Shown here one piece after another: positions 25,835 to 35,687 of a stretch of 64,000 nt of DNA. Below the pieces are notes generated by a model. That model made no database searches, was not told the DNA's origin, and saw only the letters and a list, made by a program, of their open reading frames with translations. How positions within the stretch are numbered: position 1 is the stretch's first letter; every line of letters starts with the position of its first letter. Position numbers and translations under genes: made by a program. The DNA comes from Acidobacteriota bacterium (GTDB lineage Bacteria > Acidobacteriota > Vicinamibacteria > Vicinamibacterales > UBA2999), in the NCBI GenBank assembly GCA_003222635.1, contig QHWQ01000150.1, forward strand, positions 11,307-75,306, written 5' to 3'.

Positions 25835-27082
25835 ATGACCATGTTCAGGATGGAAACGCTGTATCGCGCCTTCGCCACCGCGCTCGTCGCGGCGGCTGCG
25901 ATGACGCTGGGCGCGTGCTCGCTCGACAAGCAGGAGATGCCCGGGCTCGCCGGGCCCTCGGAGATCGTGACCTCGCTGTCGCTGACGGCCTCGCCCGATC
26001 AGCTCCCGCGCGACGGATCGTCCCAGTCGATCGTGACGATTACCGCGCGCGACGCGAACGGCCAGCCGCTGGTCGGCCAGCGCATCACGCTGTCGCTCGG
26101 CGCCAGCGCACCGCAGGGCGCCGCGCTGTCGCAGACGGAAGTGACCACAGGATCCAACGGCATGGCGACCTTCTCGGTTACGGCGCCGGTCCGCGGCTCG
26201 ATCGGCGACATCACGGTGTCCGCGACGCCCGTGGGCACCAATGCCGGGAACGCGGCGACGCGCATCATCCAGATTCGGGCCACGCCCGGCAACACGACCG
26301 CGCCGACCGCGGCATTTACTTTCAGCCCGGCTTCGCCGGACGTCGGTCAGACGGTGACGTTCAACGCGTCGACGACGACCGATGAAGGCGTGCCGTGTTC
26401 GAACTGCACGTTCTTCTGGAACTTCGGCGGCGACGGGACGGCGACGGGCCTCACGGCGACGCACGCGTTCAGCTCGGGCGGCAGCTTCGTTGTCACGCTG
26501 ACGGTGACGGATGCCGCGGGCAGCACCTCGACCGCCCAGCAGACGGTGACGGTGTCCGCGCCGTCGATTCCGACGGGTCTCAGCGTCAATCCGACGACGG
26601 CCACCGCCAAGCTGGCGCAGACGTTCACCGCGTCGGCGACGGCAGCGCCCAATCACCGCATCACCTCGTATCAGTTCATCTGGGGTGACGGCGACAGCAA
26701 CACGCAGAATTCGCCGGTCATTCAGCACACGTATCAGCAGGCCGGCTCGTTCCTGCTCACGCTCACCGTGCGCGACGATCTGGGTCAGTCAGCCACGGCC
26801 AACCAGGTGATCACGGTGTCGAGCGGTCTCACCGCGACGTTCACGACATCGAAGTCGGGGACGACGGTGACCTTCGACGCGTCGGGTTCGTCGAGCCAGG
26901 TCGCATCCACGATTACCGATTACGCGTGGGATTTCGATGGCGATGGCTCATACGACACCAACGGCAGCAATCCGATCGTGTCGCACGACTACGGCGCCAA
27001 CGGCACGTTCCGCGTGACGCTGAAGATCACCGACAACCGCGGCGCGACGCAGACCTCGACACAAACGGTGACGCTGCCGTAA
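25835..27082 (+). CDS. Lipoprotein with a Big-like Ig domain and three PKD domains
   Basis: Lipobox (LGACS). An invasin-like Ig segment (SLTASPDQLPRDGSSQSIVTITARDANGQP), then three repeats of the PKD pattern (FxFxxSxxxxGxxVxFDASxS...WDFGDG...HxYxxxGxFxVTLTVTD). Confidence 0.7.
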   Translation: MTMFRMETLYRAFATALVAAAAMTLGACSLDKQEMPGLAGPSEIVTSLSLTASPDQLPRDGSSQSIVTITARDANGQPLVGQRITLSLGASAPQGAALSQTEVTTGSNGMATFSVTAPVRGSIGDITVSATPVGTNAGNAATRIIQIRATPGNTTAPTAAFTFSPASPDVGQTVTFNASTTTDEGVPCSNCTFFWNFGGDGTATGLTATHAFSSGGSFVVTLTVTDAAGSTSTAQQTVTVSAPSIPTGLSVNPTTATAKLAQTFTASATAAPNHRITSYQFIWGDGDSNTQNSPVIQHTYQQAGSFLLTLTVRDDLGQSATANQVITVSSGLTATFTTSKSGTTVTFDASGSSSQVASTITDYAWDFDGDGSYDTNGSNPIVSHDYGANGTFRVTLKITDNRGATQTSTQTVTLP

Positions 27083-27108
27083 GGTCGTCCCCGTCCAGCG
27101 ACCGAACG

Positions 27109-27143
27109 AACGCCGGGCCTGCAAAGACCCGGCGTTTCTTTTT
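27109..27143 (+). terminator. Rho-independent terminator closing the pil-lipoprotein transcription unit
   Basis: AACGCCGGGCCT-GCAA-AGACCCGGCGTT followed by TCTTTTT. GNRA-type loop, 12-bp stem with one mismatch. Confidence 0.75.
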
Positions 27144-27160
27144 AGAATCAGATCTCGAAA

Positions 27161-27979
27161 ATGAGCGAGAACCCCCGCATCGACGAGCTGCGCCGCCGGG
27201 TCGAGAAAGACCCGACCTCGATCGCCTTTGCGCAGCTGGCCGAGGAGTACCGTCGCAGCGGCGACTTCCAGCAGGCGGTCAAGGTGTGCCGCGACGGGCT
27301 GGAGCGCCATCCCGGCTATCTGTCCGCGCAGGTGACGCTTGGTCGCGCGCTGATGGAGCTCGGGGAGTACGACGAGGCAGGCAGAGAGCTCGAGGCGGTG
27401 CTGCAGGTCGCGCCCGACAACCTCGCCGCGATTCGCGCGCTGGCGGAAATTCATCAACGCCGCGGCGATGCGCCCGAGGCGCTCGACGTCCTGGCGAAAG
27501 TCGAAGAGCCGAAGCCGCAGCTGGTCAAGACAGTCGAGCCAGTCAAGGAACCCGAGCCAGAGCCGGAGCCGCTGCTCGATCTCGACATGCCGCCGCTCGA
27601 GCAGGCGCTGCCGGTCGATCTCTCTCTGGATGTGAACATCCCGACCTTCGAGGAGGTGCAGGCACCCGAACCGGTCGCGCCGTCCGACATCTCGTTCGAC
27701 CTGCCCGCGCAGACGCCGCCGCCACGCGAGGACGAGATTCCATCGCTCGAGGCGCTCGACGCGCTGACGCTCGATCTTCCGCCGATGCCCGACTTCAGCC
27801 ACTGGACGCTCGACACCGATTTGGCGCTCGATCTGCCGGAGCCGATGTTCGCGGAACCGGCGCTCGATCGGATCGAAGCGACGCAGCCGCCACTCGATAC
27901 CACGCCGGGCGATCCCGCGCTCGAGCAGCTCGAACAGTGGCTGGCGGCCATCGTGGCGGATCGATCGCATCCAGGGTGA
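27161..27979 (+). CDS. TPR protein with an acidic Pro/Leu/Asp-rich C-terminal half
   Basis: TPR helices (FAQLAEEYRRSGDFQQAVKVCRDGLERHPGYLSAQVTLGRALMELGEYDEA), then a low-complexity region (EPEPEPLLDLDMPPLE...). Confidence 0.6.
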   Translation: MSENPRIDELRRRVEKDPTSIAFAQLAEEYRRSGDFQQAVKVCRDGLERHPGYLSAQVTLGRALMELGEYDEAGRELEAVLQVAPDNLAAIRALAEIHQRRGDAPEALDVLAKVEEPKPQLVKTVEPVKEPEPEPEPLLDLDMPPLEQALPVDLSLDVNIPTFEEVQAPEPVAPSDISFDLPAQTPPPREDEIPSLEALDALTLDLPPMPDFSHWTLDTDLALDLPEPMFAEPALDRIEATQPPLDTTPGDPALEQLEQWLAAIVADRSHPG

Positions 27980-27982
27980 TGT

Positions 27983-29116
27983 GTGGCGCTTCCATCGACC
28001 GCCGCGCTCGCCGCGCGGCACGCCCGCATCCGCGAGTCGCTCGAGACGCTCAGTCTCGAAGCGCTCATCGTCACGCCGCCCGCTAACATCCGGTATCTCT
28101 CCAACTTCGCGGGCAGCGCCGGCATCCTCGTGCTGACGCGCGACGCCGTTCATCTCCTCATCGACTTCCGCTATCACGAGGCGCTGCGCGAGCTGCAGGC
28201 ATCCCCCTCCGCCTGTCCAGGTCTTCGCATGTGGGAGGTCCCCGCGAGCTACGAGGAGGCGTTGATCGGCTGTCTCGCCGACATCGGCGTCACCCCCGTC
28301 GGCTTCGAGGCGGCGCACGTCACGGTCGCGCGCTACGAATGGTGGCGCGAGACGATTGCCGGACGTCAGCTCGACATCACATGGCGATCGACCGAGCGCA
28401 TCGTCGAGCAGGCGCGCATGGTCAAGGACGCCGCCGAGATCGCGATCCTGCGCGAGGCCGCGGCTCGTCTCGGGCAGGTGCTGCCGCCGGTGCTCGCCGC
28501 CGTTCGTCCCGGAGTGAGCGAACGCAGCGTGGCGGCGGTCATCGAGTCGTCGATGCGCGAGGCCGGCTACGAGCGGATCGCCTTCGACACGATCGTCGCG
28601 TCGGGACCGCACTCCGCGATGCCGCACTACCGCGCCGGCACGCGATCGCTCGCGGCAGGCGACCTCGTGGTGCTGGACTTTGGCGGCGTCTTGGACGGAT
28701 ACTGCTGCGACTTGACCCGCACGGTGTCGATCGGTCCGCCCTCGCGCGAGGTGCGGCGCGTGTACGACGCGGTCCGGGATGCGCACGCGGCGGCGGTCGC
28801 CGCGGTGAGGCCCGGGATCGATGCGTCGGCGGTGGATGCGGCGGCGCGCGATGTGCTGCGCGACCGCGGTCTCGGCGAGGCGTTCGGTCATGGGACCGGC
28901 CACGGCCTCGGCCTCGACGTGCATGAGGAGCCGCGCATCGGCAGGCCGCGCGCGGATCTCCCTCCGGTCACGCTCGCTCCTGGAATGGTGTTCACGATCG
29001 AGCCCGGCGCGTACCTGCCCGGCTTCGGCGGCGTTCGCATCGAAGACGATGTGCTCGTGACCGAGAGCGGCGTCGAGCTGCTCACCAGCCTCCCACGCGA
29101 GCTCATGACCTGCTGA
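27983..29116 (+). CDS. pepP: Xaa-Pro aminopeptidase (M24B family)
   Basis: GTG start. Creatinase-like N-domain and M24 metal ligands ([42 protein letters not shown]). Confidence 0.85.
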   Translation: MALPSTAALAARHARIRESLETLSLEALIVTPPANIRYLSNFAGSAGILVLTRDAVHLLIDFRYHEALRELQASPSACPGLRMWEVPASYEEALIGCLADIGVTPVGFEAAHVTVARYEWWRETIAGRQLDITWRSTERIVEQARMVKDAAEIAILREAAARLGQVLPPVLAAVRPGVSERSVAAVIESSMREAGYERIAFDTIVASGPHSAMPHYRAGTRSLAAGDLVVLDFGGVLDGYCCDLTRTVSIGPPSREVRRVYDAVRDAHAAAVAAVRPGIDASAVDAAARDVLRDRGLGEAFGHGTGHGLGLDVHEEPRIGRPRADLPPVTLAPGMVFTIEPGAYLPGFGGVRIEDDVLVTESGVELLTSLPRELMTC

Positions 29117-29118
29117 CA

Positions 29119-29598
29119 ATGGACTTCGACGAGATCAAACAGATTCTCGAGATGATGCGCGACCACGACATCGCGGAATTCGAGCTCGAACGCGACAACG
29201 TGAAGCTGCGGCTGCGCAAGAGTGGAGCGGGCCACTGGACCGCGGCGCCTCCAGCGCCGCACGGACACTACGCGCCGCCGATGCCGCTCGCGCCGCCGCC
29301 GGCCGCTGCCCCCGCGGAGGGTGCGCCCGTGCTCGGCGGGACCGACGAGGCGCTCGACCTGGCGGTCGTGAAATCGCCGATCGTCGGGACGTTCTACCGG
29401 GCGCCGGAGCCGGCGGCAAAGCCGTTTGCCGAGGTGGGCGATATCGTCCGCACGGGGCAGGTGCTTTGCATCATCGAGGCGATGAAGCTCATGAACGAGA
29501 TCAACGCCGAGTGCGACGGCGAGATCGTCAAGGTGTACGTGGACAATGGCCAGGCTGTTCAGTACGGTGAACGGCTGTTCGCCATCAAGCCGTCGTAG
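29119..29598 (+). CDS. accB: Biotin carboxyl carrier protein
   Basis: AP-rich linker and the biotinylation motif [12 protein letters not shown]. Confidence 0.9.
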   Translation: MDFDEIKQILEMMRDHDIAEFELERDNVKLRLRKSGAGHWTAAPPAPHGHYAPPMPLAPPPAAAPAEGAPVLGGTDEALDLAVVKSPIVGTFYRAPEPAAKPFAEVGDIVRTGQVLCIIEAMKLMNEINAECDGEIVKVYVDNGQAVQYGERLFAIKPS

Positions 29599-29600
29599 CC

Positions 29601-30971
29601 ATGTTCAAGAAAATCCTGATCGCCAATCGTGGAGAGATCGCGCTGCGCGTCATCGTCGCCTGCCGTGAGCTCGGCATCAAGACGGTCGCGGTGTATTCGG
29701 AGGCCGACGAAAACTCGCTGCACGTGAAGTACGCGGACGAGGATGTCTGCATCGGCCCACCGCGCAGCACGGACAGCTATCTCAATGTGCCGGCGATCAT
29801 CAGCGCGGCGGAAATCACCGGCGCCGACGCGATTCATCCCGGCTACGGCTTCCTCTCCGAGAGCGCGTATCTCGCGGAAGTCTGCGAGGCGTGCCACATC
29901 CGCTTCATCGGCCCCGATCCGAACGTGATCAAGCTGATGGGCGACAAGGCGCGCGCCCGCCGCGCGATGAAGAAGGCGGGCGTACCGATGCTGCCCGGCA
30001 GCGATGGTCCCGTCGACAGCGAAGAGAAGGCGCTCAAGTGCGCGAAGGACGTCGGCTATCCCGTCATCATCAAGGCCGTCGCCGGCGGCGGAGGCCGCGG
30101 CATGCGCGTCGTCCGCAACCCGGCCGACCTGCCGAACCTGCTGCGCACGGCGCAGCGCGAGGCGGAGGCGGCCTTCGGCGTCGGCGATGTCTACATCGAG
30201 AAGTACCTCGAGAACCCGCGCCACATCGAGTTCCAGATCCTCGGGGATCATCACGGCAACCTGGTGCACCTCGGCGAGCGCGAGTGCTCGATTCAGCGGC
30301 GGCATCAGAAGCTGCTCGAGGAGTCGCCGGCCTCGCCGTTGACCGACAAGATCCGCCGCAAGATGGGCAGCCTCGTCGTCGATGCCGCCAAGGCGGTGCA
30401 GTACACCAACGCCGGCACGTTCGAGTTCCTGATGGACAAGGACGGGAAGTTCTACTTCATGGAAGCGAACACCCGTCTGCAGGTGGAGCATCCCGTCACC
30501 GAGATGGTGACCGGCATCGACATCGTCAAGGAGCAGATTCGCATCGCGGCGGGCGAACGCCTCGGCTTCAAGCAGAGCGAGGTCACGTTCACCGGCCATG
30601 CGATCGAGTGCCGGATCAACGCCGAGGATCCCGAGACGTTCGCGCCGTCGCCGGGCGTGATTCACGCCTTCAGCGTGCCCGGCGGCCCCGGCGTGCGCAT
30701 CGACACGGCGGCGCATTCCGAGTGCACCATCTCGCCGTACTACGATTCGATGATCGCGAAGATCATCGTCCACGGGCGCGACCGTCAGGAAGCGATCGCG
30801 CGCATGCGGCGGACGCTGGAGATGACCGTCATCGAAGGGATCAAGACGACGGTGCCGCTGCAGCTGAAGATCATCAGCGATCCCGATTTCGCGGCAGGCA
30901 AGCTCAGCACCGCGTTCATGGAGCGCTTCGCGCCCGCGCCGAAGGACACCAGGCTCGCCGACACCGCGTGA
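29601..30971 (+). CDS. accC: Biotin carboxylase
   Basis: [26 protein letters not shown]... 456 aa, full-length match. Confidence 0.95.
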   Translation: MFKKILIANRGEIALRVIVACRELGIKTVAVYSEADENSLHVKYADEDVCIGPPRSTDSYLNVPAIISAAEITGADAIHPGYGFLSESAYLAEVCEACHIRFIGPDPNVIKLMGDKARARRAMKKAGVPMLPGSDGPVDSEEKALKCAKDVGYPVIIKAVAGGGGRGMRVVRNPADLPNLLRTAQREAEAAFGVGDVYIEKYLENPRHIEFQILGDHHGNLVHLGERECSIQRRHQKLLEESPASPLTDKIRRKMGSLVVDAAKAVQYTNAGTFEFLMDKDGKFYFMEANTRLQVEHPVTEMVTGIDIVKEQIRIAAGERLGFKQSEVTFTGHAIECRINAEDPETFAPSPGVIHAFSVPGGPGVRIDTAAHSECTISPYYDSMIAKIIVHGRDRQEAIARMRRTLEMTVIEGIKTTVPLQLKIISDPDFAAGKLSTAFMERFAPAPKDTRLADTA

Positions 30972-31597
30972 GGCTGCACGCCATTGTCGATGTCGACGCA
31001 TCGACGAGAGCCGGTCTGATTCCACTGGAAGTCGCGCGCGCGTTCCTGCATGGCGGCGCACGGTTCCTCCAGCTGCGCGCGAAGACGCTCGGGTCGCGCG
31101 CGTTCCTCGAGCTCGCCGACGCCTGCGTCGCGCTGGCCCGCGCCAGCAGCGCCTCCATCATCATCAACGACCGTATCGACATCGCGCGCGTCTCACGGGC
31201 GGATGGCGTGCACGTGGGACAGGACGATGTGCCTCCGGCGGCGGCGCGGCAGCTGCTCGGCGACAAGGCCATCGTCGGTTTGTCGACGCACACGCTGGCG
31301 CAGGTCGACGCGGCGCTGCGCGAGCCGATCAGCTACCTCGCGGTCGGTCCGGTGTTCGGCACGGGCAGCAAGGAGACGGGCTACGAGGCGGTGGGGTTGA
31401 CGCTCGTGAGCGCCGCGGCGCGCCTGGCGGGCAAGGTGCCCGTCGTGGCGATCGGGAGCATTACGATCGAGAATGCCTCATCGGTGCTCGAGGCGGGCGC
31501 GGCATCTGTCGCCGTGATCAGCGACCTGCTCGCCGGGGGGCAGCCCGAGCAAAGGACACGCGCATTCATGCGGACCCTCATGGATAATCGCGTATAG
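30968..31597 (+). CDS. thiE: Thiamine-phosphate synthase
   Basis: GTG overlaps the accC stop. Sequence includes FLQLRAK...IINDRIDIA...[10 protein letters not shown]...GLSTH...[10 protein letters not shown]. Confidence 0.8.
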   Translation: MRLHAIVDVDASTRAGLIPLEVARAFLHGGARFLQLRAKTLGSRAFLELADACVALARASSASIIINDRIDIARVSRADGVHVGQDDVPPAAARQLLGDKAIVGLSTHTLAQVDAALREPISYLAVGPVFGTGSKETGYEAVGLTLVSAAARLAGKVPVVAIGSITIENASSVLEAGAASVAVISDLLAGGQPEQRTRAFMRTLMDNRV

Positions 31598-31603
31598 TCG
31601 TTT

Positions 31604-31676
31604 CGGTTAGTGGTTGGTTGTTTGTGGTTAACCACAACTACCAACTACCAACTACCAACCACCATCTACCAACCAA
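31604..31676. repeat. Zero-loop imperfect palindrome built from tandem heptamers (GGTTAGT/GGTTGGT versus ACCAACT), hairpin locus A
   Basis: cGGTTAGTGGTTGGTTGTTTGTGGTT|AACCACAACTACCAACTACCAACTACCAACCACCATCTACCAACCA, centred on GGTTAACC. It lies between the thiE stop and the RBS (AAGGAG) of the permease gene. Confidence 0.8.
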
Positions 31677-31685
31677 GGAGAGGCC

Positions 31686-33212
31686 GTGGCTGGCGCACTG
31701 TTTCGAACCAAGTCGATCGATCGGCTGCTGATGGATGCGCAGGCTGGAGAAGTCGGCCCGCACGCGGCAGACGTTGTCGCGACCTCGACCGGCGAGCACA
31801 CGCTGCGGCGGACGCTCGGCCCCCTGTCGCTCGTCTCGCTCGGCATCGGCGGCATCATCGGCGCCGGCATCTTCGTCCGCACCGCCGCGGCCATTGCCGA
31901 ACGCTCCGGCCCGTCGGTGACGCTCGCCTTCGTCGTCGCCGGCATCGGCTGCGCGTTCGCCGGCCTCTGCTACGCCGAGTTCGCGTCGATGATTCCGATC
32001 GCGGGGAGCGCCTATACGTATTCCTACGCGACGATGGGCGAGTTCGTCGCCTGGATCATCGGCTGGGATCTCGTGCTGGAGTACGCGATTGGCGCCGCCA
32101 CGGTGGCGATTGCGTGGAGCGAATACGCCAACAGAGTGCTCGGCTACGTCGGCATGGATATCCCGTACCAATGGCGCCATTCACCGTTTGAAACGTTGAA
32201 CGGCGTCCACGGCGTGATGAACATCCCGGCCGTCTTCATCCTGCTGCTGCTGTCCGCGCTGCTCATTCGCGGGACGCGCGAGTCGGCGCTCGTCAACAAC
32301 CTGATCGTCATCACGAAGCTGTCGATCGTCGTGATGGTGATCGTGCTCGGCTGGAGCTTCATCAACCCGGCCAACCATACGCCGTTCATCCCTGCCGCCA
32401 CCACCTATACGACGGCCGAGGGGGTGACGCACGCGTACGGCGGCGTCATGGGCATCCTCGGCGCGGCCGGCGTCGTCTTCTTCGCGTTCATCGGCTTCGA
32501 CGCGGTCTCGACCGCGGCGCAGGAAACGAAGAACCCGAAGCGCGACATGCCGATCGGCATCCTCGGCTCGCTCGTCGTCTGCACCGTGCTCTACGTGCTG
32601 TTCTCGTACGTGCTGAGCGGCATGGCGCCCGTGCAGTTCTTCCGGACCGAAGGGAGCGAGGCGTCGGTGGCGGCTGCAATCACGGACTACATGCTGGGGT
32701 ACGAGTGGCTCTCGCGGCTGGTGACGGTGGCGATCCTGGCGGGCTTCTCGTCGGTGATTCTCGTCATGCTGCTCGGACAGTCGCGCGTGTTCTACGCCAT
32801 GAGCCACGACGGCCTGGTGCCGAAGATGTTCTCGGACGTGCATCCGAAGTACCGGACGCCGTGGAAGTCGAACATGGTCTTCTTCGTCTTCACCGGCCTG
32901 TTCGCCGCCTTTATTCCGGGCGACATCGTCGGCGAGATGACGAGCATCGGGACCCTCTTCGCCTTCATCCTCGTCTGCATCGGCGTCTGGATCATCCGGC
33001 GGCGGCGCCCGGATGTGCCGCGCGGGTTCGTCGTGCCGGCGCTCCCCGTCGTCTCCACGCTCGGCGTGATCGTCTGCGGCGCGATGATTTACGGCCTGGG
33101 GTGGACGAACTGGCTGCGGCTGGCGGCGTGGCTGGTCATCGGCCTCGTGTTCTACTTCGGCTACGCGCGCACGCACAGCCGGCTTGCTCGAGAAGCCCAA
33201 TTCACGAGTTGA
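31686..33212 (+). CDS. APC-superfamily amino-acid permease (cationic amino-acid transporter-like)
   Basis: GTG start. About 12-14 TM helices, with SLGIGGIIGAGIFV and AGSAYTYSYATMGEF motifs. Confidence 0.85.
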   Translation: MAGALFRTKSIDRLLMDAQAGEVGPHAADVVATSTGEHTLRRTLGPLSLVSLGIGGIIGAGIFVRTAAAIAERSGPSVTLAFVVAGIGCAFAGLCYAEFASMIPIAGSAYTYSYATMGEFVAWIIGWDLVLEYAIGAATVAIAWSEYANRVLGYVGMDIPYQWRHSPFETLNGVHGVMNIPAVFILLLLSALLIRGTRESALVNNLIVITKLSIVVMVIVLGWSFINPANHTPFIPAATTYTTAEGVTHAYGGVMGILGAAGVVFFAFIGFDAVSTAAQETKNPKRDMPIGILGSLVVCTVLYVLFSYVLSGMAPVQFFRTEGSEASVAAAITDYMLGYEWLSRLVTVAILAGFSSVILVMLLGQSRVFYAMSHDGLVPKMFSDVHPKYRTPWKSNMVFFVFTGLFAAFIPGDIVGEMTSIGTLFAFILVCIGVWIIRRRRPDVPRGFVVPALPVVSTLGVIVCGAMIYGLGWTNWLRLAAWLVIGLVFYFGYARTHSRLAREAQFTS

Positions 33213-34213
33213 CGAATTTACGGGGCCCGCGCCTCGCGCTCGTGATGCTGGTGACCGTGCTCGCGGGTGGCACAGCCGGCTACGTGCTCATCGAAGGGTG
33301 GAACGCGTGGGACGCGTTCTACATGACGGTGACGACAGTCTCGACCGTCGGCTACGGGGAAGTCCACCCGCTCTCGGCCGGGGGGCGGGTGTTCACGGTC
33401 GTGCTGATCTTCTGCGGTGTCGGAACGGCATTCTACACGGCGACCCTGCTGGCAACTATCATCGTGGAGGGCGGGCTGCACCAGCGGTTCGAGAAGCGGC
33501 GCGCTACTCGTATGCTGGAAGACATCAACGATCACTTCATCCTGTGCGGCTACGGACGCATCGGCAGCATCATCGCGGCCGACCTGCATCAGCAGGGCGT
33601 GCCGTTCGTCGTCATCGAGCGCAACCCGCAGCGGCTGCGCGACGCGATGGAGCGCCGCTGGCCGGGTCTCGAAGCGGATGCCAGCCGCGAGGAAGTGCTC
33701 GCGACGGCCGGCATCCATCGCGCACGCGGTCTCATCGCGGCCGTCGGCACGGATGCGGAGAACGTGTTCACCGTGCTGACCGCGCGGGTGATGCGTCCGG
33801 ATCTGTTCATCATCGCGCGCGTGGAGTCCGACGATGCGGAGCACAAGCTGCGGCGCGCGGGCGCGGACCGTGTCATCTCGCCGTATCAGATCGGCGCGAA
33901 CCACATGGTGCAGACGGCGCTCCGCCCGGCGGTGGTCGATTTCGTCCACCTCGCAACCAGCTCCGAGCGGCTGGATCTGTCCATGGAGCAGGTGCACATC
34001 CGCGAAGATTCCGCGCTGGCGAACCACTCGATCGTCGATGCGGGCATCCGCCAGCGCTTCGGCGTGATCGTGGTGGGTATCAAGCGCGCCGGCGGCGCGA
34101 TGGAATTCAACCCTCCGCCCGAAGCGATGATGCGCGCCGGCGACGAATTGGTCGTGCTCGGGCGTACCGACAGCGTGAAGGCGTTGGAGAAGGACAAGGG
34201 CGTGGTCGCATGA
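33209..34213 (+). CDS. Two-TM potassium channel with RCK (TrkA-N/TrkA-C) domains
   Basis: Selectivity filter TVSTVGYGE, Rossmann motif (ILCGYGRIGS), and a C-terminal TrkA-C domain. The TTG start overlaps the permease stop. Confidence 0.8.
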   Translation: MTNLRGPRLALVMLVTVLAGGTAGYVLIEGWNAWDAFYMTVTTVSTVGYGEVHPLSAGGRVFTVVLIFCGVGTAFYTATLLATIIVEGGLHQRFEKRRATRMLEDINDHFILCGYGRIGSIIAADLHQQGVPFVVIERNPQRLRDAMERRWPGLEADASREEVLATAGIHRARGLIAAVGTDAENVFTVLTARVMRPDLFIIARVESDDAEHKLRRAGADRVISPYQIGANHMVQTALRPAVVDFVHLATSSERLDLSMEQVHIREDSALANHSIVDAGIRQRFGVIVVGIKRAGGAMEFNPPPEAMMRAGDELVVLGRTDSVKALEKDKGVVA

Positions 34214-35148
34214 GCGCACGCGTGCTCGACGGGCAGGCGCTCGCCAGAGCCATGCAGGAAGAGATCAGGGACGAGGTGGCGGCGTTCACCGCGCAGCATG
34301 GGCGGCCGCCGGGACTCGGGATCGTGCTGGTCGGCGACAACCCTGCGTCGGAGATCTACGTTCGCAACAAGCTGAAGACGGGAGGCGAGATCGGCTTTCG
34401 CGCGGATCTCGAGCGGCTGCCGGCATCGGCGACGCTGGCCGACACGCTCGCGCTCGTCGAGCGGTTGAACCGCAGCGACGCGCACGACGGCATCCTCGTG
34501 CAGTCGCCGCTGCCGAAGGCGATGGGCGCCGATGCCGAGCAGCGCGTCTTCGATTCGATCGCGCCGGAGAAGGATGTGGACGGCCTGACGCCGGTCAACG
34601 TCGGCCTGCTCGTGCAGAAGCGCGCCGCGCTCGTCTCCTGCACCCCGTCGGGGATCATCGAGCTGCTCGATCGCGAGCGCATCCAGATCGCCGGCCGTCA
34701 TGCCGTCGTCATCGGCCGCAGCGATATCGTCGGCAAGCCGATGGCGATCCTGCTGCTGCACCGCGACGCCACCGTGACGGTCTGTCACTCGCGCACGCCG
34801 AATCTGGCGGACGTCTGCCGCGGCGCGGACGTTCTCGTGGCGGCGGTGGGACGGCCGGGCCTTGTGACGAAAGAGTTCGTCAAGCCGGGCGCCGCGGTCG
34901 TCGATGTCGGCATGAACAAGGTGACGGATGCGAAGGTCGCGGAGTCGCTGTTCACCGACGGTCACCCACGTCTCGCGCTGTTCCGCTCGAAGGGCTCGGT
35001 GCTCGTCGGCGACGTTCATCCGGAAGTGGCGGATGTCGCGGGCGCACTCACGCCTGTTCCGGGCGGAGTAGGGCCCCTCACGATCACGATGCTGATGCGC
35101 AATACGCTGCGCGCTGCGCGCGCACGGGCAGGCCAGACTGTCAGCTAG
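34210..35148 (+). CDS. folD: Bifunctional methylenetetrahydrofolate dehydrogenase/cyclohydrolase
   Basis: ILDGQALA...VLVGDNPASEIYVRNK...VIGRSDIVGKPMA...TPVPGGVGPLTITMLM. ATGA overlap with the upstream stop. Confidence 0.95.
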   Translation: MSARVLDGQALARAMQEEIRDEVAAFTAQHGRPPGLGIVLVGDNPASEIYVRNKLKTGGEIGFRADLERLPASATLADTLALVERLNRSDAHDGILVQSPLPKAMGADAEQRVFDSIAPEKDVDGLTPVNVGLLVQKRAALVSCTPSGIIELLDRERIQIAGRHAVVIGRSDIVGKPMAILLLHRDATVTVCHSRTPNLADVCRGADVLVAAVGRPGLVTKEFVKPGAAVVDVGMNKVTDAKVAESLFTDGHPRLALFRSKGSVLVGDVHPEVADVAGALTPVPGGVGPLTITMLMRNTLRAARARAGQTVS

Positions 35149-35268
35149 TTGGTAGGTTGGTAGTTGGTAGTTCGTAGTGCTGGGGTTCTTCGGTTCGGCG
35201 GTCGCGCGCCTTGGGTAGTCGGTTCCCAATGGCCAACCCGTTTTTCACGGCAACCGCCAATCCCTAGT
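35147..35268. repeat. Tandem-heptamer repeat (AGTTGGT units) followed by a degenerate CCAA-rich counterpart, hairpin locus B
   Basis: AGTTGGTAGGTTGGTAGTTGGTAGTTCGTAGTG...GGTTCTTCGGTTCGGCGG, then ...CCCAATGGCCAACCCG...GGCAACCGCCAATCCC. It starts inside the folD stop codon and ends about 40 nt before the four-helix-bundle gene. Confidence 0.6.
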
Positions 35269-35306
35269 AATTCTCGACGGCAGCAGGCTTGAACAGCCTC
35301 GATAAC

Positions 35307-35687
35307 ATGCCGATTACAAGCTCATTCCGCGATCTCAAGGTATGGCAGCAATCGATGCTGCTTGTCGAAGACATCTATCGGGTCTCCCGCGGCTTTCCAG
35401 CCGACGAGAGGTTCGGGCTGACGTCACAGATCCGCCGCTCTTCGGTCTCGATTCCCTCAAACATCGGCGAGGGTGGCCGTCGCAAACGCCGGAAGGCTCA
35501 CTTGAACCATCTCGATATCGCATTGGGTTCGCAGGGCGAAGTGGATGTTCAGCTCGAGATTGCTTGTCGTCTGTCCTATGTGCCCGCCAGCGATTACAAA
35601 AGAATCGCCCGCCGCGTTGATGAAATCGGTCGAATGCTGAATGGGCTCATCGAATCGCTTCAGCCAACAGATGACGACTGGAGCTGA
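35307..35687 (+). CDS. Four-helix-bundle protein (23S rRNA intervening-sequence protein family)
   Basis: SFRDLKVWQQSMLLVEDIYRVSRGFPADERFGLTSQIRRSSVSIPSNIGEG...ALGSQGEVDVQLEIA is the hallmark of this family. Locally lower GC. The 3' end overlaps the convergent coaE by 28 nt. Confidence 0.8.
   Translation: MPITSSFRDLKVWQQSMLLVEDIYRVSRGFPADERFGLTSQIRRSSVSIPSNIGEGGRRKRRKAHLNHLDIALGSQGEVDVQLEIACRLSYVPASDYKRIARRVDEIGRMLNGLIESLQPTDDDWS

Noticed and set aside
26948-29119. 723-aa ORF on the minus strand
   Set aside because: It is antisense to the well-supported TPR and pepP genes. The translation is Arg/Asp/His-rich with no domain-like segments. This is a typical shadow ORF of high-GC DNA.
30940-30975. 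TPP riboswitch upstream of thiE
   Set aside because: The thiE GTG overlaps the accC stop, so there is no leader in which a riboswitch could sit.
29559-31061. 500-aa ORF on the minus strand, with similar long antisense ORFs at 33218-34219, 49604-51013 and 51082-52668
   Set aside because: All lie opposite strongly conserved housekeeping genes (accC, the K+ channel, sucCD, ndk-dcd-hisS) and have biased, motif-free translations.
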